Below are positions 27,109 to 56,685 of a DNA stretch of 64,000 bases, piece after piece. Made by a program: the position numbers and the translations under genes. Within the stretch, counting starts at the first letter, position 1. Each line of letters starts with the position of its first letter. The stretch is from Camelus dromedarius (taxonomy: Eukaryota). The notes beneath the pieces are model-generated. The model was not told where the DNA came from. It saw only the letters and a program-made list of their open reading frames with translations, and did not search any database. Location: the NCBI RefSeq assembly GCF_036321535.1, contig NC_087438.1, forward strand, positions 98,270,001 through 98,334,000, given 5' to 3'.

Positions 27109-27810
27109 GGGGATGACCGAACCTCAGGATTGGTTCTCAGTGGGCAAGAGTCTTACTTCCTGGGCTGGATTCCCCAGAGAGGCTGGGAATTTAAAATACC
27201 CTATTGTGCATTAAAGATGCACAGAGGGTCAGGACTCAGCAACAGATGTGGGGAAGTACTTGCCCTGTAGTAGCTGTTCACTCCACCAGTGTTGAGATAA
27301 ACCCACAGCTGGGGTAAGACAGCACGGACACAGGTGTACACCAACCAGGGGTTTAATATAAATACAACCAGCATAGAAAAAGTCAAAACTACACATACAC
27401 CAAAACCAGAATGCCAAGTGGTGGGGGCAAAGGCACATTTCTGACCTTTTGGCTTAGCCAGCCTTCAAATAAAAACATCAACAAAGACAAATCAAGAAAA
27501 TAAGAAGCAAAGATTCATGCTAAGCTGTGGGAGAGAGGGTGGGTGGGTGTGCGTCACACAGAACAACAATGGGGTCAGGTCAGACCATGGGCTAGGAGGG
27601 GAAGGCAAGGTCCCTTACCACAACTTAGCCAAACCTGAGCTGTCCCAGATGCACTGGGGCCCTGCCCCAGCTGGGAGGCTGTGTCAGGCCTAGTGCAGGG
27701 TCCATGCTCCTCCCCTTCTTGGGATTAGATGGTGGCTGCCCAGGCCTGCTGGGCCAAGGACTGAAACAGACCCCGCCTACTTGTTCAGGCTGCCTGTGGA
27801 GAAGATGAGG

Positions 27811-30040
27811 TCACTGCTGAACCATTGTACCTGCCTCAGCCCCAAAAGACCGCAGGAGGCTGGCCCCAGACTCACTCAGTGCCTCCAGCAGCTGTGCAGA
27901 CACAGCCTCCTTGGCCACCTCATGCCCATCCTGCCCATCCCGGGCAAGCACAACCCAGATGAGGCCACTGAAGGGCACTGGATGCCCAGGGATCACCACC
28001 TGGTACCAGAAGCGGTGCCAGCCAGCAAAGCCTGTGCCCAAACACTTGGTGAGGAACACCGGGCTACCCAGGTTCATCTGTTGGCACATCAGCTGCAGGG
28101 TAGCCTGAGCCCCTTGGAACTCTAGCTTGTCCCCGGCTAGGGCCAATTGACTGCTCTCTGGCTGTAGGCACCGCAGTGAGGGACCAACGAGCTGCTGACG
28201 GAGTCGCTGCTTCAGGTCTGGCTTGAGCCACTCCACAGCCACCTGCTCTCCACAGAGGCGTGACTGCCCTGCAGGAAAAAAGGTAGAGATAGGGCAGGTC
28301 TAAGCCCTGGGCCCAAGCCCCCAGACCCTGTGAGTCCTCTGGAGTCACAAAGGCCTGTTCAATATCTAACCTCCCCATTTCCTGACAGTGTGACTTCAGG
28401 CAAGTTAAATAACTTCTCCAGGCTTCATTGTGTTTATTTACAAAGTGGGTGTAATAACTGCTTTCTTCTGAGTGTCCTTGGAGAACTGGTTGATGCAGGC
28501 TTTGTCTATCTCATAACCATCACAATAGCTAACCTTTACCATGAATACTTGCCAAAAAGTAGAGAATGTGTTAAGTGCTGCTGAATTCTCACAACAGTCT
28601 GAGAAAGCAGGTTCTATAGAGGATAAAAGGTAGGCATAGTTGGATAGCCTTGGGCGGGTCGATTTTTCTTAACACAGTCCCCTCATATCTAAAGAGGAAC
28701 ATCATTCTGTTCCATTGGAATGTGGAGAATTTAGCCAGGAGATAATGCTTGTGAAGTGTTAGGTATAGGTAAGCAGTAGTTGACAGCATCAGTGGAAATT
28801 TAAAAGCCTTTGGTCAAATAGTTTATGTCGGAAACTCAGGCGGGTCGGTCTCGAGACTTTAACCCGCTGTGCTGACAGGTACAGGTAAAGTGCCCGGCAG
28901 AACGGGTTTGGCCCCAACCAGCGCCCCCCCCCCCCCGCAGTCTCCACCCCTACCTTCCACTAGAGCCTTTTTGGCCATGGCTGCGGCGCGGTGCGAGCTG
29001 AACTTGAGCAGCGCGATTTGCGCGGGCGCCGGCCCGGGGCTGGGCAGCAACAGCGCCTCCTGCAGGCCAGGGCCCAGGGGCTGCAGCGCGAGCAGTAGCG
29101 CGTGGCGGCTCAGACCCGGCGGCAGCCGGTCCACGCTCAGCTCGCACTTCTCGGTGCTTCGGCACACGAGCAGCTGGCAGGACGGCCGCAGCGGGTGGTT
29201 GTGCAGCGTGGCGATGGCCGCCTGGGCGCCGCGCCGCGAGCTGTAGCGGGCGTAAGCGAAGCCGCGGTTAAGGCCGCTGAAGGTCATCATCAGGCGAAAT
29301 TCGTAGAGGCGGCCCACACGCTGGAACAGTGGGATCAGCTGGTGCTCGTACACATCCTGGGGTAGCCGCCCGATAAACACCTCTGACCCGGCTGGCGGCG
29401 GGCTGCCCACCCATCCTGGGAGGAGGGGATGGGGAGGGGGAACCGTCATCCACCCGGATGGTTCCGGGTTCGGGGCCCAGGGACCCAGCGCGAGAAGGGC
29501 TATGTATGCAAAAGTCTGTGAAATGGGTACACCGTACTCCGCCGGATCGCCGGCATAATTGGGTGGCTGATCTAAAATCAAGACTGGCACCTTAAGACTG
29601 GCTCCGTCCTCGACGGCGCGGGAGGGTGGGAAGCCACAGAGAAGTTTCATCGGCTTGGGGGCGGGGGTAACGAGTAGTTAGGGGTTTCTGACTGTGTAGC
29701 CTCGGGGTAGGCGCCCCCTCCCCCCAAATGCGGCGGGTTGGGGCCGTCGAGGCCGGCGTAGCCCCCCAGCNNNNNNNNNNNNNNNNNNNNNNNNNNNNNN
29801 NNNNNNNNNNNNNNNNNNNNNNNNNNNNNNNNNNNNNNNNNNNNNNNNNNNNNNNNNNNNNNNNNNNNNNNNNNNNNNNNNNNNNNNNNNNNNNNNNNNN
29901 NNNNNNNNNNNNNNNNNNGGGGGAAAGGGCAGGTTGGAGTCGCGGATTGCCGCGACCACCCCCACCTCCCCTGTGATGCCGAGGGCTCATCGACCCCCTG
30001 GTAGCCAACCACTTACCTCACACTCCCGCTTGGACTGCAT
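27811..30040 (-). CDS. DND1: Dead end homolog 1 (germline RRM RNA-binding protein); exon 2 not visible
   Basis: Exon 1 30040-30017 (MQSKRECE), exon 3 29415-28954 (462 nt, [21 protein letters not shown]...RGFAYARY), exon 4 28268-27811 (...[10 protein letters not shown]). Frame requires a phase-compatible exon 2 (118 nt in human, recalled), which would fit in the 148-N gap. ATTAAA on minus at 27352-27357. Confidence 0.93.
29771..29918. other. Assembly gap (148 N) within DND1
   Basis: Run of N. Confidence 1.
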
Positions 30041-30200
30041 GGCTCTCCCGCTGGCTTCCTCGTACCCCCTTTATAACCTCCTCCCTGTCTGCCTATCTGG
30101 AAGCTTCCCTACCCCTCCACCCCCCCAAGCTCTCATTGGCTCTGAGCAAGACCCCGCCTCCCAAGGGGGCGGAGGTATCCACCGCACGTGCGCCTCGGGA
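30041..30200 (-). promoter_or_regulatory. DND1 proximal promoter
   Basis: TATAAA on minus (30075-30070), CCAAT (~30134-30138), E-box CACGTG (30185-30190), E2F6-type TCCCGC (30046-30051). Confidence 0.55.
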
Positions 30201-30468
30201 ACCTCCGACAGTCAGGTGAAAGCTAGAGACCCTAGCAGATGGGTCTGCGGCAGCCCCACCACCGAAAACATGGCTCGCAAACTGGCAGGATGGACGGGCG
30301 GCGAGAACGTCAGGGCCCCTTCAGCCGGCGGAGGAGCCCGTGGGGGCTACTGTAAGTCTCTCTCCTCATTTTCCACGGCTGAAGTGGTCGCAGTGGGAGG
30401 CCCAGGTTCTGAGAGGGAAGGCAGGGCTAGGCAATAGTGACACAGGCAGGCTCCAGTGGTTGAGGCAT

Positions 30469-30474
30469 TTTATT
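30469..30474 (-). terminator. HARS1 poly(A) signal AATAAA
   Basis: TTTATT on plus, about 330 nt past the HARS1 stop. Confidence 0.7.
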
Positions 30475-30801
30475 GGACCTTTGGCGGCTGGTGGTGGGGA
30501 ACGTTCCTTCCTTCTGGTGTAGGGCCCTGCAGAGGAGACCATCTCCGACTGGTCCGTGTAGCTCAGGAACACAGGCAACTAAGCCCCCAGGGCCTCATGT
30601 GGAAAATGGTGTAGTACCTGGCCATTTTTGCCTGTGATTACCAATAAAATAATCATAATAAAAATTAAAAAGTCTCTGTTCCGACCACTTTAGGTCTTCC
30701 TGCTGGAACAGAAATGTGCAAAGCTGTTGAAGTACATATGCAGAGTTTTGTCTTAGCCTTAAATAATGCCAGTCCCACTTTCCTCTGGTCCTCTGCTCAA
30801 C

Positions 30802-49354
<18,553 letters not shown>

Positions 49355-50739
49355 TCCTTGCCTGAATGCCATCTGCTGCTCTTTGTAAAAAAGGTTTCAT
49401 CTACCACTGAGTTCTTGATGGACTTTACAACTGCTGGCCAGGATGGGTGACAAGTGCCTCTGCATCCTCCATCCTTCCTGGGCACAGAACTGTAGAAGTC
49501 CCTGAGGACTCCTGGGCTAGTGTGAGCAGCTATACTGCATGGGCGCAGATGGCTGGTATGTGAAAGAGACATGCTCTAATTGAAGAGTGGATTTGAAATG
49601 CCATTGAATGCTGCCAACAGGTGCTGAGTTGATTGCTGTGAACAAGTCTCTGGGAAAGTCCCCTCAGGTTGAGAGGATTCTGAACTATTGAGATCAGAAG
49701 TCAAATACTTAGCCTTCCATTCTGGCTTCTGAACCAGATTTTGGGGAGTTTGTTCACAGTCTGCCCTTGACCTGTCCAGGGAGTTTTTGGGAGACAGTGA
49801 GGAGAGGCAATGACTACTTTCTGTTTTGTTTGAGGACAGGGATGCTATTCCAATGGCATAGCAGTGCCCAAATTCATGTGGCATCTTTCTAGCCTATCCA
49901 CTGTTAATAATAGCAGGGTGAGGCTGTCTGTTTAATAATCTTGAATATTGAACTTAATAGGTGACCTCACAAGATGGAAATCTGACCTTTTGAGATTTTG
50001 GAGACCATTACCTGTGCCAGAATCACTGCTCTGACTATTCCATGTCCTGCTGTGGAGGTGGCTGTTCTAGAAGTGGTTGTATAATTTATTAAATAAAATA
50101 CTAAATGTAGTAGTTTGGGTAATCTGTCATCAAGGGATTGGCTTGCATAGGCCATAGAAAATGTACACTGGAGGATTCTGTGAGCTAGAAGTAACCTCCC
50201 TGGTGTGATGCTTCTGTATTTAGTGAAGGGATCAGCCACAGTTCCGCCTCTCCCCAACTTGGAGATACAGTCATGTCACTAAATCAGTATATAGTGAGGC
50301 ATCTTTTAGAATTCTTCACCCTAGAGCGTTGCTGGAGGCTGGCCTTCCCAAGTTGATCATGTTGATGAAATTGTGCCCTATAGATTGAATGACTGTAATG
50401 TTTCTCAGTTGAAGGAAAAGTGAGTTAACCAAAGGGTAATAGCTTCAAGATAAAGAGACAAAATGCAAAAAGCGATTTCTGTAAGTGCGTTGGTAAGGTT
50501 GCAGCCATTCCAAACACTTGGGTGCAATGGGGCCATATCTATAGTGCATACAGGGAAATGAAGCATCTAGAGCCCCTAATAACAGCACTTTGGCCTGAAA
50601 GGAGGTTTGGAAACTCTTGGCATCTCACGCAAGTTGATTAGACCAGATCAGAAAGCACTGATCTGAACCTTATTTTCCTCTTTTGTGAAATAGAAGAGTT
50701 GAGTATATGGTTGTTTTGAAAGCCAGGGTAGAAAAACGC

Positions 50740-50960
50740 TTGCAGGCGCCCTTACTTCCGTGTTGCTTCATACTCTCTTTGCGCATGCGCCATTTCCTTG
50801 GAGCAGAGGCGGGGCCGACGATCCGGTTTTAGGAGCCCTCCAGTCCTTAGCTCGTTTAGAACGCGAGACTCTAAGCTTATTGGAGGCCAGCTTGCTTTAC
50901 GGCTCAAGGCCGCTTTTTACGGCATTTTCCGGCTTCCCATTCACTTCGCAGTGAAGATGG
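50740..50960 (+). promoter_or_regulatory. ZMAT2 promoter
   Basis: ETS ACTTCCG (~50754), NRF1 TGCGCATGCGC (~50780-50790), YY1-type AAGATGGCG over the ATG, within a CpG island. Confidence 0.75.
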
Positions 50961-53900
50961 CGTCCGGCAGCGGGGTAGGTGTTGTGTGTGAGCAGGAGGT
51001 TTAGGGTGGGGGGTTGAGGGGGTTTCTCCGCCCTGAATATCCTGCGCCGGACTGAGTCCTGACACCTCCTCGCGGTCTAATGGCCCCGGTTCAAGAGCTG
51101 CCCCGTAAGGCCTTGGCACAGGGTCAGTGGAATCGGGGAGGTCTCTGGTTGGGGTCCTGAGGCAACCTCAGCCTCCTGGTGCTGCCCGGAGAGGTTTCCC
51201 TCTCCCAGGTCCCCAGGCCGCTTTGGCAGCGAGGACGCGGCTCCTGCCGTTTTTCCAGGGGTCAGACACGATTAGCGACGAATCTTGAGCACCTTTTCCC
51301 CACAGACAAAAAACTTGGACTTTCGCCGAAAGTGGGACAAAGATGAGTATGAGAAGCTCGCCGAGAAGAGGCTCACGGAAGAGAGAGAAAAGAAGGATGG
51401 TGGGTGTCTGCTCTATCAAGTGCTAAGTGTGTTGTAGAGGATGCAATGGCTGGAGAGTGTGGGTGGGGAGTTGAAATGCGCTGTCCCCCTAACCTGTGTA
51501 ACCTCTGGCAGAGCATTGCCTCCCTAATCTTCGATTTCTTCAGGTATGAGAGCAAGGAGATGAACTGAAGTAGTTTTGAGGTGCTTTCCAGTTCTGTGGT
51601 TCTCTGCTTCCTTGCCCTCCCTTTGCTTGGTTCATTTAGTACTTTCCCCAAGTACGGAGAAGGGAGTGGAATCGTTAGTAGTGACAGAGAAGTCAAGTGG
51701 TGTGATTTGCTAATGTGTATTACTGCTATTGAAGAGCTTCTCTTTCCTTCATCAGGGAACATGGGATTATTTCAGTTTCTGCTTAGTTCTGTTTTCTGTG
51801 CCTTACATAATGTCAGGGAAACGGTGCTCCTCTCCTAAATAGAGGTTCCACTATACGAAAAGGAATGTCTTATTTTCTTACGTGTTTTCAAATTTGTCTA
51901 TTCTTCTTCTACTTTACTTCAACACTGCCATGCATACATTAATCCTTTTAGTTTTCATGTAATTTGTACAATAGTGTTCGGCGTGTAACAGATATCTATT
52001 TACTAAATGTTGATACCCCTTTAAAAATTTTCCCTAGCTCTCAGAACACTCCTTTCTGTGTTATGCTTGGTGTATCTGTTTGAAAGCATTACTGAGTGGT
52101 CTTGCTCTTCTTTTAAAAGGTGGCTTTTTGTGAAAATGTAGAAGTGCTCCTTTCAGTTCAATTAATTCATGATTAAAAGAACATTGCTTTTAGGCTTGTT
52201 AGCTTTAAAATGGAGAAAAGATGTAGAGAGTTAAGCATTGCTAATCATTTTTCCTGTGTTGAGATTCTCCCTAGCTGCTTCTAGAAGTGCCCATTGTGTC
52301 CCTTGCTTCAGGTTTCAAAAAAGAGATGAAAATAGACCTCTGAATTTTGTGTTTCATGCATTTCTTTTCCTTTCTGATTAAAGAACACTAATAAAGAAGG
52401 GACTTCTTTCCCCATTATATTTCAGGAAAACCAGTGCAGCCAGTCAAGCGGGAGCTTCTCCGGCATAGGGACTACAAGGTGGACCTGGAATCCAAACTCG
52501 GGAAGACAATTGTCATTACCAAGACCACCCCACAATCTGAGATGGGAGGGTGAGTGGCTTTTTATCTTTCTCTGCAACCAAGACTAAGTCTAATAAACTA
52601 TCTGTGGGTTTTAGGAAGTGTTGAGCAATGTCCTTGGCCCCAGAATAACAGCCTTGTTTCCTATAATTCCATCTTTTGTCCTCTGAGGTCTCATGTTAGC
52701 ATAATAATGTCTCTACGAGGGGTCACTCTATAGGTTTCTTCTTTAGCACTATAGCTATTTCTTAATATCTTAAAAAGGATTGTTTGTTCTCCTGCCAGAG
52801 GAAGAAATGAAGCAATGGACTACTGAGGCGATTTCTAGGGAAGAAATTAGGTGAAGCTACAGTGGAGCCCATGAGCAGCTGAGAGTGAATAAAGGGGGTT
52901 GAGCTTCCAGACTGGTGCAATGGTTGTAGTTTTTATGGATTTCCTGGTTGTGCACATTGTTCTGAGACCAAGACTATAACCTTTAGGAAGAAGGGTCCCC
53001 ACAAGAACTCTTCATCTTTTTGCCCACAACTACTTTTCTGTCCAGTTAGGTTTTTCAGCAGAAGGATAACACAGATAGCAATGAATGACACTTTTCTGAG
53101 CTGCTTAGTAAACCCACTGTTGTCATTCCTCTTTGTGTTAGTTATCTATTGCTATATGAAATAATACATTAACCCAAAATTTAGCAGCATGAAACAACAG
53201 ATAGCTCATAATATCTGTGGGTAAGGAATCTGGGAAAGGTATGCCTAGGTGGTTCTGGCTCAGGGTCTGTAACAAAGCTGCCATTGAGGTATCAGCTGGG
53301 TCTGCATTCCTCTGAGGTATAAGTGAGGCTGGAGGATCTGTTTCCAAGCTCTCTTACGTGGCTTTAGTTTGGAGGCCTCACTTCTGTGCTCCATGGGCCA
53401 CTTCATAGTGTTATTCACAACAGAGCAAGTGGCTTCCCCAGAGCAAGCAATCCAAATGCACAGACTAAGACAGAGCCACATGTTCTTTTTTTTAGTAACC
53501 TAATCTTGAAAGTGACATAACATCGTTTTTAACATATTCTGTTGATCACACAGACTAACCCTGGTACAAATGGGGAAGGGCTATACAGTGTAGGAATACT
53601 GGGAGGGTGGGATCATTGTGGGGGCTATGTTGGAAGTTGGCAGTGAGAATTGTCTCTTTCTTCTAAAAAGAACTCTTACCTAAAAATATGAGATTCTTGG
53701 TTGAAAAACGATAAAATCCTTACAACCAGATTTGACCCTAGTGCTGTTTCTTTCTGTTTGCTAGATATTACTGCAATGTCTGTGACTGTGTGGTGAAAGA
53801 CTCTATCAACTTCCTGGATCACATTAATGGAAAGAAACGTAAGGCTTGGAGGTAGTTTGTTACTGGGTCTGAGATTGGGTTTTGGAGGTGTGGTGGGGGA

Positions 53901-55277
53901 AAGGGTAGTTTCTGTTGGCCTCTTTTTTTAATGTGGGGAATTCTCTAGTTGCTTCAGTACAGGCCATACTTTACTTCATTATTTAATATTCCTGAAGTCC
54001 ATGAGGTGAGAGTTTGTTCTAGACTCTCACCAAGCCTAATTCATGGTCTTCTCCTGGGCCCACCTGTCCCCACTGGTGTCCATCTGCTCAGTAAGGGCAG
54101 TTGAAAGCCATTTATGTCTTGTTACCTGGGGCTGCTGCCATGGGAGTTTTTTTTTAGCCCAAATTATTTTTACTGAGTGTTTTATGAAATTTTTTTTAAT
54201 GTCTGGAAAAGACTTTTTGAGGGGATTAGGATGTTGTAACGACCTTACCTTCTTAACTTTTGACCCCACCTAGATCAGCGAAACCTAGGCATGTCTATGC
54301 GTGTGGAACGTTCCACCTTGGATCAGGTAAAGAAACGCTTTGAAGTCAACAAGAAGAAGATGGAAGAGAAGCAGAAAGATTATGATTTTGAGGAAAGGAT
54401 GAAGGAGCTCAGAGAAGAGGTATGCTCTACTATCCTTCTCTCTCCACTCCCCAGCTTTGAATTTTATGTTATGAATCATGGGAAGGCTTTTTTCCTCATT
54501 CTATTCCCACCCCAAAAGGAGAGTTTTATCTCCTGAATTTCTGTTTATTAAGGGAAACGTTTATTGCCCTTGTTTGAGACTCTCATGATCTGAAGGAAAT
54601 GGCTCTAAAGCTATCTTTTTTTTCTGGACTCTCTAGGCGATAGATATATATTTTTAAACTATAGGAGCAACTAACTAAGTGCACCTAGTCCCCAGTAGGC
54701 CTGTGGAACCAGGCTGACTGGGTCAGAATTCTGTTTCCTCCACTTACTAGCTGTGAATCTTGGGCAAGCTATATAAACTTTCTGTGCCTCCATTTTCCCG
54801 TATAGAGACCTTCGTATATAATATACATAAAGCCTTTAGACCAGTTCCTAGCTTGTACTGTATGCCCCAGACTGCTAGTTCTCATTATATGGCTTTGCTT
54901 CCATCACCTTAAGAACTAGAGATGAACTGGGATGTTGGATTGAGAAGTGCTCTCCACAGGCTCAAACTTCTCTTTCTTGTCCCTTATAATCTTTACCATG
55001 GCTTTTCCTCTGCTCTTGAAATTTTACTTTGTGTTTAATTATTTTCTTCTAAAGATGACAAGTAAGCTACCTGTCTCTTTCAACAACATTTGGCTCAGGA
55101 TTCTGAACTGATTCTGAGTGATTTCCCCTCTAGGAGGAAAAGGCCAAAGCCTACAAGAAAGAGAAACAGAAGGAGAAGAAAAGGAGGGCTGAGGAGGACT
55201 TGACATTTGAGGAGGATGATGAAATGGCAGCTGTGATGGGCTTCTCTGGTTTTGGTTCCACCAAGAAGAGTTACTGA
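50957..55277 (+). CDS. ZMAT2: Zinc finger matrin-type 2 (Snu23 homolog), 6 exons, 199 aa
   Basis: Exons 50957-50974, 51306-51399, 52426-52549, 53765-53838, 54274-54419, 55134-55277 (600 nt). [16 protein letters not shown]...[25 protein letters not shown]...[15 protein letters not shown] at 55511 and 56152. Confidence 0.98.
53134..53640 (-). mobile_element. MaLR LTR (MLT1-type)
   Basis: tgtgttagttatctattgct...ttctggctcagggtct...gaggctggaggatctgtttccaag resembles the recalled MLT1F-H 3' end. Confidence 0.65.
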
Positions 55278-56454
55278 GGCTTTCTATGCCTGGCTTTTTG
55301 CTGGGCCTAACTTTGTGTGTGTGGGCATCATTTTTTGGGAGGTACTTGGGAAATCCTTAAGAGTGGCAATGGGGAGGGCTAGAGGGTGGGTGTTTGTGGT
55401 TGCCCTCTGCCTTGGGAGAGAGCACAGGATGCAGAGGAATCCTCTGTGGCATATTCCTTCAGCCTCAGTATATCACTGGAGTCACAGGACCTCTGACCAT
55501 CCAAGTTCCCAATAAAGAAAAACCTCCTCTTCTGAGGCTGCTTTCCTGAAACTCTCCCTGCATCTTTCCCCCTCTCTTCATCTCTTCATTCTCTTATCTG
55601 AACACCCTACATTTATCCTGTGTTCTGCCTTTGTTTTAATTTTGACTCTTGTTTAGCCTACAGCAGAAAGGTTCTCTGGGTCCCCACTTTCCAGTTGATA
55701 ACATATCCTTGACTGACCCCTGCTTTCCCCATTCTCCCCTCACTTCCCACCTCCCCCGCCGTGGTTCTCTGGCCACTGTGCATGCATGTGTACCTCTGCC
55801 TGGGTCAGTGGTGTGTGCAGGTGTGTGTGCATGAATCTGTCACATAGAGGGAGCCTGAGCAAGAGCCTCAGAGCATTGCTGCCTTGGAGCCTGGTTATCT
55901 CGGCTTCCTCAGAGCATGTAACAGGAAATTAAATGGGATGAGTGTTTGGTGTGGTATTTGTCTGCTGAGTTTTTTAACCTTTGTTCTTCATATGTAGACT
56001 GTTCACCTTTTCCTGTTTGTTTCATTTTATTGAGGATTGTTTTTGTCTTCCTTGTAAGCAGGCTCTTGGAAGAACCTGTTTGATGCAAAAAAGAAAAAGG
56101 AGAAAACCTCATATGGGAGCCCTTGGGTCTCAGAGGCTGTTCAACATGTATAATAAATGGCATTGACTGGGCCTATTTCATATTTGGTGGGAACATTCCA
56201 TATTCTTCCCTGTGTATTGTTTTTTCTTTCCCACACTTACTCTTTTGAAATTGTCCCTTCATTTGAGCCCTGTCACTTTTTTTTCTAGGTTCCTTCAACA
56301 TGAGTTCTATTTTCCTCTGATGGGATCTGTGTCTGGAGGAGTCTGAACAAAACTTTTCCTGTAATTTTAGCCTCCTTTAATCTTTTATTTTTGGAATAGC
56401 AGAGCTCAGGGCTGAAAACTTAGTGTTTTCCTTACTATCTGCAGTTAGGCTAGG

Positions 56455-56685
56455 CACAGGGTTACTGGTTTCTTGATTTTTAGTTTTTGCACTGTTGACA
56501 TTTTGGACTGGATAATTCTTTGTTGTGGGGGCTCCCTTGTGCATTGCAGGAGGTTTAGAGTATCCCTAGCCTCTGCTTGCTAGATGCTAGCAGCATCTCC
56601 TCTCCAAGTTGGGACAACTAAGGATATCAGTGTCTCCCAGAGTGGGGTGGGGCAGAATTCCTCCTCCCAGCCCAACTGAGAGCCT
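56455..56685. mobile_element. MER20-like hAT relic
   Basis: gcactgttgacattttggactggataattctttgttgtggggg...tgtgcattgcagga. Confidence 0.65.

Noticed and set aside
54249-54273. U12-like branch TTCTTAAC before ZMAT2 exon 5
   Set aside because: The upstream donor GTAAGG is U2-type, so the intron is major class.
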